DNA of 64,000 nt from Piedraia hortae CBS 480.64 (GCA_010093745.1 MU005962.1:248001-312000), one strand, 5' to 3'; numbered from the stretch's first letter, positions 1-11,430 are shown. Made by a program: numbers and translations. The notes: generated from the letters alone by a model not told the origin.

Positions 1-849
1 AGCGTAGCGAAAGATATTGGGCACCGTCTCCTTGAGTTCTTTGACGGCAATAGTAAAGCCGTACGTCTTGTTGTGCCTCTGCATCTCGATGAACGGATCG
101 TAGGTGATGTCGCAAAAGTACTTGATCTCAGGTTCGACGCGCCAGTACCAATCGTACTTTTGCAGCAGCTCGTGCTTGTAGAAGAAGCCCGAGTAGAAAC
201 GGCACATGTGGTGGTAGCTTTCCATGCCCCCGTACATGATGGCCTGGTCGCCCTGCTTGCGGATGCCCTCCTTGGCCACGTTCTGGTCGACCCAGTCCGG
301 GAAACCCCAGTGATCGGGTCCGATCTTGCCAAACTCAACCGGCGATGACGTGTAGTTGACGACCGTTTCTTTGAACGTCGAATTGAATTCGCCATCATTG
401 AGGAAGACGTAGGGGTAGTGGAACCAGCGGTTAAAGTGCCGCTCCACGCTCTTGACGCTCTCCAGTACGCCATCCAGCTCCTTGTTGCGCGCCAGCACAA
501 CAAATGCCGCGTTCGCCCGCTTGGCATCCTTTTGCGCATGCGGGTCCAAACATCCGGTGACGAAGACAGCGTCGTGCTTCTCGCTGATCTTGCGAACGCG
601 CGGCGGCGCGCCATTGGGTATTAGCCCACCGCCGGTCGAGTTTGGGTGTCGCACTAGCAGCAGGAGGACTGTTCCCACCACCAGCACTGGCAGTAGAATG
701 ACGAGATAGACGGGCACGCTGACCCTGCTGTTGCCGCGGAGGCGCACACGGCGCCGCAAGAAGCCCAGTCGCGGCCCAACGCGCGCCGGAATGTCCTGTA
801 GCTTTTTGAGGGACACGTCCTGGCGCCTGATGCTCCGCCAGCTGTCCAT
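1..849 (-). CDS. Glycosyltransferase family 15 alpha-1,2-mannosyltransferase (KRE2/KTR family, KTR5-like); 3' end runs off the window
   Basis: Manual translation from ATG 849: MDSWRSIRRQ..., TM segment VPVYLVILLPVLVVGTVLLLLV, then ANAAFVVLARNKELDGV...HFNRWFHYPYVFLNDGEF...YGGMESYHHMCRFYSGFF...WYWRVEPEIKYFCDITYDPF, all GT15 motifs. Not in the ORF track because no stop lies in the window. Confidence 0.93.
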   Translation of the reverse strand, partial: MDSWRSIRRQDVSLKKLQDIPARVGPRLGFLRRRVRLRGNSRVSVPVYLVILLPVLVVGTVLLLLVRHPNSTGGGLIPNGAPPRVRKISEKHDAVFVTGCLDPHAQKDAKRANAAFVVLARNKELDGVLESVKSVERHFNRWFHYPYVFLNDGEFNSTFKETVVNYTSSPVEFGKIGPDHWGFPDWVDQNVAKEGIRKQGDQAIMYGGMESYHHMCRFYSGFFYKHELLQKYDWYWRVEPEIKYFCDITYDPFIEMQRHNKTYGFTIAVKELKETVPNIFRYA

Positions 850-1067
850 GAGGGCGTACGGGCCTGTCGAGTGTCGGCCGTCGTCGCTGGAGGCAGGGCC
901 GACGCTGATTTTGATTCAATTTGATTCGGCCTCCCTGTCAATTGATTGATCTGCCCATGTAGCCTAATTCAATCAATTTGACACTTTGCAATTGATGGAC
1001 CCACCCGTATCGGCTTGACTGATCCACACCCCCGTATCAACCCCCACCAGCTTGGCACGTGGCCGCA

Positions 1068-1574
1068 ATGAAGGCGAAAGATGTCGCCTACGACCACTCG
1101 CTTCCTCCGTTTCTGCAGCGGTTACACGCTGGGGGAAAATACGAGCCAGCCGTACCCCGTGCTAAGCGACACACCGATCCTTTAGAGGATGACGGCCCGA
1201 CGGTTGTTGACGAGAGCGGCGAGGTGGTTAACAAGCAGGAGTATGAACGGCTATTTCAGGGAAATTCATGCAAACAAGAGGCCGTAAACGAGTCTGTAAG
1301 GTGCCCCGATCCCAAGCGTGATGACACAACAGGTGATCGTGTGTCCAAAAAGCGAAAGCCCGTTAAAGTGGTAACGGAGGACGAGCCGGATGGTGAACCT
1401 CACAAAGAAGTGCCCAGTAGCAGCAAACGCAAACCAGTCAGAGTGGCTGCGAGAGGGGAGACTTATACCGCAGAGAGTTCACCTGTCAAACGAAAAGCTA
1501 CCAACGTGCAGGAGGAGCAGCCGAAAAAGAAAGCCAAGCCCAAGCAGGTCAAGCTAGCATTTGACGATGAGTGA
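1068..1574 (+). CDS. Conserved lysine-rich hypothetical protein (DUF4604-like)
   Basis: MKAKDVAYDHSLPPFLQRL...DDGPTVVDESGEVV...KKKAKPKQVKLAFDDE; the N-terminal PPFLQRL and C-terminal KLAFDDE pattern resemble DUF4604 proteins. Confidence 0.7.
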   Translation: MKAKDVAYDHSLPPFLQRLHAGGKYEPAVPRAKRHTDPLEDDGPTVVDESGEVVNKQEYERLFQGNSCKQEAVNESVRCPDPKRDDTTGDRVSKKRKPVKVVTEDEPDGEPHKEVPSSSKRKPVRVAARGETYTAESSPVKRKATNVQEEQPKKKAKPKQVKLAFDDE

Positions 1575-2140
1575 TTTCTTGTCATGGGTTCGACTGCATA
1601 ACAAAACTATTGACAAATACCACCTGTTGCTTGCCATAGGCAGCCATGCCTCCTGTAGGCTCTTACAAAGTGAGTCTCTTTTGCCCTCATACTTTTAGCA
1701 AGATGAACCCATTTATTGGAGCTGTCCTACACCAACTGAGGAAAATTCAATTAATACGCAATCAATTCTGATTTTTCACACCGTGTTGTAGTGCATTCTA
1801 TTTTGCAAGAATGGAACTGACGGGTTTGACTAGGTTCGACCTGCAGTTGATTCATTCTATCAAGGATCATGCTTATCTCAGGCCGCATGGATGGAATGAG
1901 CCAAGATATGCGCAGGATGGTGCGCTGTCCAGGAGTCACCAGGTGTCAGATACTGCCGACAGGCACAGGAGTTTCAGGATCTTCTACGATGCTGAAAGCC
2001 ATCATATGAGATATGACTGTTAAACATGGTATCTATGCCTGGTGCAGCCACAAGGGCAAGATCAGGCAAACGCTGTGTCTGCTCGTATACATCTAGCATT
2101 AATCATCTGCACAAAAAAAAAAAAAGGAAAGGAGCGCTGG

Positions 2141-4084
2141 TCAGACCAGCGGCTGTTTAGCATCGTGCACTCCACGTTCGATGACGTCCTCCAGTTTCCA
2201 TCTGGGGGGAACAATGGTTCCAGCCTCGTCGGCCTCTGGGTCGCGTCCACCTGCTATACCCGAGCTGAACTTGAGCTGCAAAACATCTCCGGCCTCATTG
2301 CAGGCTGCCAGCAGTCGGTCAAGATCGTCCTTGGTGTGGGCTGCCGATACGCAGAGACGCACGCGCGAAGCGATGAGCTCTGTTGCTGGATACCCGACCA
2401 CCACGACGGCAATCTTCCGCCGCAGCATTTCGTGTGAAAACGCTGGGATCTTGGCGGGGTTGTAGAGCAACAAGGGCACGATGGGGGAATCGTCGTGGCC
2501 ATACACGATGAAGCCGAGACGCTTAAGGCCCAGTCTTAGGTAGCGTGAGTTGAAAGCCAATCGTTGCAGTCGCTCTTCGCCTTGCGGAGCTGCAATGTCG
2601 CCGTTGATGATGCGCAGGGATGTCATAATCTGCATCAGCACTGCCGGCGTCGGGCCTTCGCCGAAGATGGTGCCGGCATTGGTTACACGGACCTTGTCGA
2701 TGATGGCTTTGGAGGCTGCAATGTAACCTCCATTAGCACCAAACGACTTGGTGAAGGTTCCCATCAGAATGTCGATTTCACTGGGGTCGATTCCAAAATA
2801 GTCGCACACGCCCTTGCCCCGCGGTCCCATGGCGCCTATGCTGTGCGCCTCGTCCACGTATAATGCAAATTTATACTTGTTCTTCAACGCAACTAAGCCC
2901 GGGAGGTTCACAATGGTGCCCTCCATGCTGTACAGACCTTCGACGGCAACAAGGATTTTGCGCCACGGCCTGTGTGTGCGCGGCTGGCCCTGGCTAATGC
3001 GTTCGCGCAGCACGCGCTCAAGATCGGCCATGTCGTTGTGCTTGAACATGTCTACGCCTGCACCCGACACTCTGGCGCCAAAGCGGATTGATGCATGATT
3101 CATTTGGTCGCTGATCAGCAGACAGCCCTTGCCCACAAGTGCAGGAAAGGCAGTGCCATTGGTGACGAATCCCATGCTATAGATGGTGGCCGCAGGTTTT
3201 CCGAGAAAGTCAGCAACCAGACGCTCCGCTTCGACATGCAGCTCGCTGGTGCCAACGTCGGCACGCGGAGAGCAAAAGGAAATACCGTACTTTTGGATGC
3301 TGGCCTCGGCTGCGTCGGCGCACTCTCCCTCAGACTGCGCAAAGCCAAGATAGTTATAGGAAGACATGTTAAGCGCCTGGGTAGTCGTACCCGTTAGCCG
3401 GAAGCTAAGATTGTAGTCGTCGCTCACGCGGTCCAGCAGCGTGATGAAGCGGCCTGGAACGCCCGTGACTGGACGGCGGAAACAGTCATTAATGCGGAGC
3501 TGCAGTCGTCGGATGTAGAAGTTATCAAAATCGCTGTTGAGAGGCGCAAATCCATCCTGCTCCTGCAGATACCGGTAGTGCTTTGCGCGGAACCTCTTCC
3601 CGAAGAAGTCCCGCACATGACCGAATATTATGAGCACCAGATACGAAATGTATGTGGTTATTAGGTAGTAGTACGGCGGCTCGTCCTCGACCGCGTCGGG
3701 GAACTCGGTGCCTGTGAACCTCGACGTGTAAAGGTGCCGCCTGGACCCCAACGGGCCAAATGCTGCATGTATCTTGGCCTGACGGCGCACTTCTGTGGGC
3801 GAGGGCGGCTGGAAAAGCGTCATGGACTTTGTGTCCTCCATCTTACTCTTCTCGCCCGTGGCTGTTGTGAGGTTGATCGTCGGCAGACTCAGTGTTGATA
3901 TTTGGGGGGACGGAGGACGGAACATTGAGTGTTGCAGTGCGTCTTTCCACCCGAGCGCGTGCGCGTTTTGCGCGTCACCCGTGCCCGTCTTGGCTGGATT
4001 CGGACGCGGAGGCCGCCGTGGTTTTAGCGAGGCCTCTTTTTCGGACGGAACGGCGAGTGGGGAGGAAAACAGACGGAGAGGCAT
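2141..4084 (-). CDS. LCB2: Serine palmitoyltransferase catalytic subunit
   Basis: Intronless 647-aa ORF with NMSSYNYLGF, NHASIRFGAR, VEGLYSMEG, DEAHSIG and the PLP-lysine motif GTFTKSFGANGGY. Confidence 0.96.
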   Translation of the reverse strand: MPLRLFSSPLAVPSEKEASLKPRRPPRPNPAKTGTGDAQNAHALGWKDALQHSMFRPPSPQISTLSLPTINLTTATGEKSKMEDTKSMTLFQPPSPTEVRRQAKIHAAFGPLGSRRHLYTSRFTGTEFPDAVEDEPPYYYLITTYISYLVLIIFGHVRDFFGKRFRAKHYRYLQEQDGFAPLNSDFDNFYIRRLQLRINDCFRRPVTGVPGRFITLLDRVSDDYNLSFRLTGTTTQALNMSSYNYLGFAQSEGECADAAEASIQKYGISFCSPRADVGTSELHVEAERLVADFLGKPAATIYSMGFVTNGTAFPALVGKGCLLISDQMNHASIRFGARVSGAGVDMFKHNDMADLERVLRERISQGQPRTHRPWRKILVAVEGLYSMEGTIVNLPGLVALKNKYKFALYVDEAHSIGAMGPRGKGVCDYFGIDPSEIDILMGTFTKSFGANGGYIAASKAIIDKVRVTNAGTIFGEGPTPAVLMQIMTSLRIINGDIAAPQGEERLQRLAFNSRYLRLGLKRLGFIVYGHDDSPIVPLLLYNPAKIPAFSHEMLRRKIAVVVVGYPATELIASRVRLCVSAAHTKDDLDRLLAACNEAGDVLQLKFSSGIAGGRDPEADEAGTIVPPRWKLEDVIERGVHDAKQPLV

Positions 4085-4667
4085 GTTTCTGCAATCTCAG
4101 GTTACTCGGGTTGAATGCAAAAGGGTCATGAATCAAGAGCATTGGAGGTGGGCATTGGAGGCGGGCGTGGTAGGGGCGGTGCGGTTGCAAGGCGCAGGCT
4201 TGGTGCCTGAGGCTGTAATCTTCCTGACTCGCCGCACATGGGAACAAAAACGCGCAGACAGGAGCCCACACTCACCTTATGCATCCATCTTGCCGACTGC
4301 AACACTTGTCATTTCACGTGATAAAAGAATAAGCACCCCAGCTCTTGCCACGCCAACGTTCGTCGAAGTGGCAGAGGGAAGGAAGAAAGGAAAACAGTTG
4401 CCCCTGGATCCTGTACCTGGTTCGAATGTTCCAGGGTTGATCAGGAGCCCAATGCGGGCTTGTGCGCCCCCGCTGCTGCCAACCAGGATTAAACAACTCT
4501 GGCCCCTGTCATTTTGACAGCATTTGTTCTATTGCAGTCCATCAATGCTCTGCATCCTTGTATGTATATACGCAGATAACGTGAGCGATGCGAAAAACAC
4601 CGCATTGCATTAGGTATCACACTACGGCCATAGGTAATTCACGTCAGCATCGGGTATATACATTATT

Positions 4668-6392
4668 TTATACAGGCACGTCTTTTTCCCTCTTTCCCTC
4701 GCCGCTGGGTCGCGGAGACTCGGGAGCATCTGCCTCGACAATGGGCCCAGTGTAAAACTTCTTTCCATGCACGTGCCAGAAGATCAGTGCGAAGACGATT
4801 ATGCCAATTAGGTAGACCACTGCGAAGTTCATGTTCTCTGCAGTGACAGGCCGGGCTGTGGGCAAAAGGAAAATGATGGTCACAAAGCTGGTCCATATGC
4901 AAGCCCACACATTGACAAACAAGCTCCACTTACCCAGGTGCCAGGGACCACGCCGGAATTTGCCAAAGCAGACCTTGCACAAGATGGGAATGCAGTAGCT
5001 TATATCCAATGAGATTGCGCAAACGTTGAAAACCCCAGCTATAGCTGTGTAGGAGCCAAGGCCGATGAGGTTGATTGCAACACACAAGCAGACGCACAAC
5101 CATACAGCCAGGATAGGCGTGCCGGTCAAAGGCAAGATCCGAGTCCAAACGCGTGAGAATGGAACAAGCGAGTCGCGGGAAAAAGCAAAGACTGTGCGGC
5201 CAAGCGCCTGCATGGCGGTAAAGCAGACGAACTGCAGTATGATGATGGCGCAAACGGTAAAGGTGATCCCGCCCGACTTCCCCAACACGTTGTAGAAAAG
5301 CTGTGCCACTGGCTGTTGGATGGGCGAGGCGAGAATGTCTTTCATGTCGCCCATGGAAAAGCAGAGGACGATGTTGAACAGCCAGCCAGCTAGGTACGTA
5401 AACAGCATCGCCAAAGAGATGGCCCAAGGAGCTTTTCGCTCTGGGTCGCGAATCTCCTCGGTGATATGTGCGGTGGCATCGTAGTCAGTCATGGTCCAGC
5501 TGACCGACAGGAAGCCAAAGAGAAACGCCCAGCCGGTCGGAGTCCAACCTGAGGACCCATCAACATCGGTAAACACATACTTTGCTGTGTGTATGGTTCC
5601 TGCCCTGGCAGACATGACAAGTAAGGCAATGCTACAACACACCAGTACGAGGACATGGAAGATGACATAGGATTTGGTCATCTTTTCCATCCAAAAGGTA
5701 GAGAGCGAGTTAACCACGCCAGTAATGACGGTCAGCCCGGCCATGACTGCTACCGTTTGTCCCACCGTTGGAGAGTAGGTGAAATCGGAGCCCATTGACA
5801 CTGCTGCAAGCAAAAGAGCGGCTGAGCCCCATTCAGAAGAAGCAACCCCGGCCACTTGGCCAAGCAGGTTGAGCCATCCGGTAACCCAGCTTATGACCGG
5901 TACCCATTTCCGTGGCGTCAAGTGCGAGACGGTATAGTATAGACCTCCGGAGGTCGGGTAGGCCGATACTAGTTCCGAGACGGAGCACTATTCGTATGAG
6001 TCAGAGCACTCGTCACTTGTCCATGGACTTACAGCAATGCACATACATCCGGCTCCAGATATGAGCCAACACCACACAGCTGAAGCGCTACCACCAGCAC
6101 TAAGCGGATATGAAAAAGTAGTTGCTATAGTGGAGAACCTGTCGGCATCTCACGTCAACGATATTATGTGGACACAAGCACAATACACTCACAGGCCACT
6201 AATCGACACGGCGAAGGAAAATGATGACCAATAGCCAAACTCTCGCTGGAAAACTGGCTTGTATCCGAACTCAGCCGCCAGGGCCTGATCGGCTTCGTTC
6301 AGCTCATCAATGCTCAGAACCCTTACTGCACCATCGCGGTCGCGCATCTCAACAGTGCTCACGCTTTGTCTGCGCGCCATGTTACTGGCCAT
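4668..6392 (-). CDS. APC-superfamily amino acid/polyamine/GABA permease (UGA4/TPO5/HNM1 family), 2 introns
   Basis: Exons join as FGYKPVFQREFGYWSSFSFAVSISGL / FSTIATTF...WCWLISGAGCMCIA / CSVSELVSAYPTSGGLY, then WTMTDYDATAHITEE and many TM helices; GT-AG introns near 6140-6192 and 5988-6032. Confidence 0.92.
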
Positions 6393-7652
6393 GTTGACAC
6401 TCCGGAATTGCTACTAAACACCGCTTTTTCCAATTTTCAAAGAGTCACTTTAGCTCTTGCAGGATGGGTAGTTGTTCATAAGGCGTCAAAAACTTGACAG
6501 ATGCTGGTGAGACTCAACGTCCGGCTACTATTGCTTTTGCCGCATGGTGCCGGCCAATCGGCAAAGGCTCGGCTTAGCTCTTCAAGACAGCTTTGCATAT
6601 TGGCCAAGCCAATGGAGCGGAGATTGCCCAATAAACGCCTTCCTCCCAGCCAGAGCATTTGGTCTTGATGATGACGTTCGCTAGCGCAAAGTATGACTCG
6701 GGAAGATGCGGATGATTCCGGCTTTAGCAACATTACCCCACTCAGCCTTGGCACTCGGTTGATGAACCGGCCAATCTTTGGCTTCGCTCCATCTCGCCAA
6801 ATCGCCAAAGAAGAAAATAAAAATAAAAAGTGATACTATTGAGCGTTGCGCGCTTCTTGAAGGTTTTATCATAGCCCACAGCGATGCTCCTTTGACGAGT
6901 CGAAGACTTGACTCAAATCAACGCACGGACCCGCCAAGCCTGACTGTTCATCCCACAATCAATGTACTGCAAATTGTACACAAGGGATGTTGGGCTACAT
7001 CAACCAGCTAGCCTCAATACGTGCGACAGTGATCTCTAGCCCATCGAGGGACATCCTTGTAGCATAAGTCCAAACATTCTAGAAGCAATACCAGTCTGTA
7101 CTCAAGGGACTGCGCTGTCAACATGTTGCTGGGCACCTCATTCAGTCCCTAAGACGTTATACTTTCGTGAAGATTGACCTTAGTCCCCGTACTTGACTTC
7201 AGGGTTCTCATCGCCAAGACCCCTGTTACGCGTCTTGGAGCATAATCGGTTCCTTTCTGTGAGGAGCATTGGGCTGATGGCACTCCATAGTTACAGCAAC
7301 GAGGAGTGACCTTGCATGATACTATCAATGTATGCTCATCATGGTCAAACAAGCTCCCGGTATGTATGACTACGAATGAAAGAAAGCGGCTCGGCCCGTT
7401 CCATAGTCTTGGCCTTTTGATGCTTTCGCACAGTGTATTGTTTTTGTTGATGAGGTCCAAGCGACCCAATGTGACGCTATGATGCTATTGTCAACCGACC
7501 ATCTATTGCGACGTATACAAAGCACTCATGCGAACAACGGCATCGCATCTCAGTCGACAAGGGGACTTGGTTGTTGCACCAAGAATTTATTGTTATTCCA
7601 CGCTCTAATCGACTGCACTGTAACTGGTGGTTCCCGAGCACCAGATTCGCGC

Positions 7653-7682
7653 CTTGATCTCAAGCAACATCGTGTGAATGCG
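7653..7682 (+). promoter_or_regulatory. Conserved upstream motif of the cyclin unit, copy 1 (CTTGATCTCAAG-n8-TGTGAATGCG)
   Basis: The same two-part motif with identical spacing occurs at 9443-9472 and 11288-11317. Confidence 0.5.
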
Positions 7683-7832
7683 TTGTTGCGCTGCGTGTAA
7701 AGCCTTTAGGATCTATTCACTCTTTTAATGTTTCTGAACTACCACTTGTTTCGTGAATGCTATTCTTCGTCGGTTTCTCTCTCTTACTTAAATCTCGTGC
7801 CCACTGTGGTCGTTTTTACTAATTTCAAAATC

Positions 7833-8828
7833 ATGTCAAATATGCAAAATTTTACACAGCGCCAGGGAACATGCTGTCATGAGCACTCACATATCATGGC
7901 CTCGGATCTCGCTGTGCGTTTGATGGCGCTGCTTTTCACGAAAAGCTCCCAGTTTATTACGACCCTGGGGTGCACAGGGATCGCATCCAGCACAATCTCT
8001 CCAATGGCTTATCCGTCCAATGAATTTTTGCATTGGGGAAGGCGACTGCTCTGCATAATCCCTCTCGACTTTAATGTTGTATCTTTTTGTTTGTACTGGA
8101 TCCACAGACTTCACCAAAGCGACCAAGGCCAACTCGCAGGCTTCCACTCGAAGCGATATTTGCTCTTGACGGGCCTTACGCTGGCCGACAAGTTCTTAAA
8201 CGACGTTCCATATGCACCACAGGCGTGGGTAAGTGGGTCAGGTACCCTTAGCCCCCAAGGCATCATGGCGCTAGAATTCAAGTTCCTGAAGCTGGTGAAC
8301 TACAGCCTTTACGTGTCCCCGGATCAGTGGTCGGCATGGGAGCGGAAGCTGAACATGTTCGCGGGTTACTTTGGACCGGGTAACCCTCCTCCACAATTGC
8401 CCTGGCCTCCATGGTCACCCATGGGGCCTTCGTCCAGCAGTAGCAACGCTGCTAGCCTCGATGTCATGCTGCCCAATGATGGGGCGTATCAGCCAAGCGG
8501 GCCTTACGGCTCCAATAGCGCGGCTCATTTCAACAACATGCCGCAAACCTACGGCGCCTCGCAATTCCAGAACCATCAAGCTGTGGCGCTCAACCTGGCA
8601 ACCCAGGCTTCAGGACAGCACCCTGCCATGACCCAGCATGACGGACCCATCCCGAGCAATGTTGCTGCTGGAGTCAAGCGCGGGCGGGCAGTTGCGTCGC
8701 CTGAAGATTGCTTGCTGAGGCGTTCAAAGAGCGTCAAGCCCGGATCCGGCCCTGCTGGCAGGAACCAAGCTGTGCCAAGCGGCCCTGGGCCTCGACCGAC
8801 AACCGGGGGTCTGCGTCTCATAATGTAG
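7833..8828 (+). CDS. Diverged Pho80/Pcl-family cyclin (Mug80/Clg1-like), tandem copy 1
   Basis: Cyclin-box-like segment FLHWGRRLLCIIPLDFNVVSFCLYWIHRL...LLLTGLTLADKFLNDVPYAPQAW...IMALEFKFLKLVNYSLYVSPDQWSAWERKL, then a Pro/Ser-rich tail. ATG 7833 was chosen because its context matches copy 2. Confidence 0.75.
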   Translation: MSNMQNFTQRQGTCCHEHSHIMASDLAVRLMALLFTKSSQFITTLGCTGIASSTISPMAYPSNEFLHWGRRLLCIIPLDFNVVSFCLYWIHRLHQSDQGQLAGFHSKRYLLLTGLTLADKFLNDVPYAPQAWVSGSGTLSPQGIMALEFKFLKLVNYSLYVSPDQWSAWERKLNMFAGYFGPGNPPPQLPWPPWSPMGPSSSSSNAASLDVMLPNDGAYQPSGPYGSNSAAHFNNMPQTYGASQFQNHQAVALNLATQASGQHPAMTQHDGPIPSNVAAGVKRGRAVASPEDCLLRRSKSVKPGSGPAGRNQAVPSGPGPRPTTGGLRLIM

Positions 8829-9442
8829 GTGTACATACAACCTCTTCGGCTCTCGTTTTTAAATTGCTTTTACTCTGTTGTCCCTTTAACATAATGCCGT
8901 TGTCCGGCCAAAGTGCTGGTGTAGGCTTTTGATGGCCAAGAAATTGGTGGCTTCTCGCGTGTACGTATTTTACAGATCAAATGTGTAGTTATCACGTTGC
9001 AGAACGTTCTTGTCTTTAAGGTTTTCGTCGCAAAGATTTCTGTTGCGCACCTCAGGGTATAATTGGTCGCATTCGGTAGAGAGCATCGAGGCCACTGCAC
9101 TTCATTCCGTGGTACTGTCTTCGTGCACTTATCATGGTCAGGCATGCTCTCGATCAGATTCCAGGGGTGAGAAGAAGCCTGTTCCATCATGTCTTGGCAT
9201 TTCGATGCTTTCCAACAATGTATCGTCGCTGTTGATCAAGCCCAAGCACTACAATGCGACGCTATAATGCTCTTGTCAACATGCTACATATTGATATCCA
9301 TACAAAACACGCATGGACACAGAAATATTGTTTGTCAGCCCATTCCAGGATTCAATTGTTGTGCGAGGTGAAATCCATTGCTTTGTGCCATGTCCTGTTC
9401 GAGTATGTTGTTGCGGGAGGCTTCCGAGCGCCGGGCCAAGGC

Positions 9443-9472
9443 ACTGATCTCAAGTAACGCTCTGTGAATGCG
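9443..9472 (+). promoter_or_regulatory. Conserved upstream motif of the cyclin unit, copy 2 (ACTGATCTCAAG-n8-TGTGAATGCG)
   Basis: Matches 7653-7682 and 11288-11317; starts 169 bp upstream of ATG 9612. Confidence 0.5.
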
Positions 9473-9611
9473 GTGTTGCGAAGCGTATGAGTCCTCATTC
9501 ATCCTTGTTGTGTTCCCAAAATACAACTTGTGGCGCTCATTCCATTCCTCTTCGTTCTCTCCCTTACTTAACCCTTGTTTTCACCGTGGCCGCTTTTGCA
9601 AATTTCCAATC

Positions 9612-10502
9612 ATGTCGAACATAACAAGCTCCATGCAATGCCAGAGCGCATGCTGTCACGGAAACCCCTGGGTGATGGCCTCGGATCTCGCCGTCCGCTT
9701 GACGGCACTGCTTTTCGCAGAAAGCTCACATTTCATCACGACCCTGGAGTGTACGGGATTTGCACCCAGCACAATCTCCCAGCTGGCTTACCCCTCGGAT
9801 GAATTCCTGCATTGGGGAAGACACCTACTCAGCGTCCTCCGTCTCGACTTCAATGTTGTATTTTTAGGCCTGTACTGGGTCTACAACCTCCACCAAAGCG
9901 ACCGCAACCAACTCACAACCTTCCAAACCAAACAACATTTGCTCCTGACGGGGCTCATGCTGGCTGACAAGTTTTCAAAGGACAAGCCATATGCACCACA
10001 GGCATGGGTTAGGGGTGCCGGTACCCTCAGCCCCAAATGCATAATGGCGCTCGAATTTATGTTTCTGGACCATGTTGACTATAAGCTTTACGTGTCTCCG
10101 GCCCAATGGTGCGAATGGCAGCGAAAGCTGACCATTTTCGCTGGCTACTTTGAATCGGGTAGGCGTCGTCCGCAATTGCCTAGATCTCTTTGGCCCTTCT
10201 CGGCACCATTGTCCAGCGGCGGACATGCCGGTAATGCGAACGCTATGCTGCACATTCATGGCGCATATCAACATGGGCACCAGCCCAGCAGACCATCCAA
10301 AGCAGACAATGTGAACTCTGCCAACGGTCCCAAGCGCAGCCGGGCGGTTGCCTCCCCAGGTGACTGCTCGCCGAGGCGCTCAAAAAGCACAAAGATTGCA
10401 CTCACCCCTGCTGGTAGGCTGAGCTCCCCACCGACAAACCAAGATGGAGCGAGTACCGCTTATCCTCGGCCCACGACTGGGGACCTGCCTCTCAAGAAGT
10501 AG
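9612..10502 (+). CDS. Diverged Pho80/Pcl-family cyclin (Mug80/Clg1-like), tandem copy 2
   Basis: Paralog of 7833-8828: MASDLAVRLTALLF...LLLTGLMLADKFSKDKPYAPQAW...IMALEFMFLDHVDYKLYVSPAQWCEWQRKL...GPKRSRAVASPGDC...PRPTTGDL. Confidence 0.75.
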   Translation: MSNITSSMQCQSACCHGNPWVMASDLAVRLTALLFAESSHFITTLECTGFAPSTISQLAYPSDEFLHWGRHLLSVLRLDFNVVFLGLYWVYNLHQSDRNQLTTFQTKQHLLLTGLMLADKFSKDKPYAPQAWVRGAGTLSPKCIMALEFMFLDHVDYKLYVSPAQWCEWQRKLTIFAGYFESGRRRPQLPRSLWPFSAPLSSGGHAGNANAMLHIHGAYQHGHQPSRPSKADNVNSANGPKRSRAVASPGDCSPRRSKSTKIALTPAGRLSSPPTNQDGASTAYPRPTTGDLPLKK

Positions 10503-11287
10503 ATGTACATACCAATATTGGATCTCGGGTACGAATGGACTTCCATTCTGTTGTATCTTTACCATTTTGCAACGCAGTGGTTCAGACAAAAGCCAGGTGT
10601 AGGCTTAGAAGTGCTGATGAGATAGCTTTAAAGTGAATTACAATGCTCCATGCCGGGATATGGTGGAGCTGAATTCCCCTTACCCGATGGGAACAATCGT
10701 TCTGGTCTTCAAGGTCTCCTTGTCAAGTTCCCCGTCGCGCACCCCGAGAATACCCGCAAAAGAAAGTTACTGCCCCTTCCATTCAGTCTTGTTATTGCAG
10801 TATTTCCCCACAGTGTACTGTCTCTGTTGATTAGACGCAGATGTTGTAAGCCTAGTCATGCAAGAGGCTTGATATGCTTGTGCGCAGTGTTAGTGAGCTT
10901 GCATTTTCTTTGCGCGCGAGCACTGTTTGGGTCTGAATTTGCAATGATGTTTGTCTTGATTATCAAGTCATGAGCAAAGGCCTATTTATATATATAGAAA
11001 GCCTCCTCACTGGCGAGGGACATCGGTTGAGATCAGATCACATCATCTTCCCAGCCATCTCATAACTGCATCTTTGCGCATAATCCCTTGAGCCTGTGAT
11101 AGAGTATAACACGCTATAAGGCCCTGATGACTAACCAACGATGGATTCGTATATAAAGCACACAAGGGGACAAAAGCTTTGTCTGTCAGACGACAAGGGA
11201 AGTCAAATGTTGGGCGAGGTTAAGGACATTGATATACCACACTCTGATCAAATGCATGCGGAATACCCCATAGCGCTAGGTCTCTGC

Positions 11288-11317
11288 CTTGAGCTCAAGC
11301 AACGCCGTGTGAATGCG
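11288..11317 (+). promoter_or_regulatory. Conserved upstream motif of the cyclin unit, copy 3 (perfect palindrome CTTGAGCTCAAG-n8-TGTGAATGCG)
   Basis: Matches the other two copies; 12-bp perfect palindrome at 11288-11299. Confidence 0.45.
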
Positions 11318-11430
11318 CAGAGGCGATGCGTACGAGTCGTCAGTCACACTTGTAGAATTTCCAAACGACCAATCGTTACGTTCTCAACTAACGCTCTTAC
11401 GAGTTCTGGTCGGTTTCCAAATTCCAAGTC

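Noticed and set aside
3795..4517. 240-aa + strand ORF over the LCB2 5' end and promoter
   Set aside because: GTG start, antisense to LCB2, no domain pattern.
10635..10997. TATA-like run (about 10983-10995) followed on the minus strand by an ATG at 10904 and a frame with several TAA stops
   Set aside because: No recognisable homology; cannot distinguish a pseudogene from noncoding DNA.
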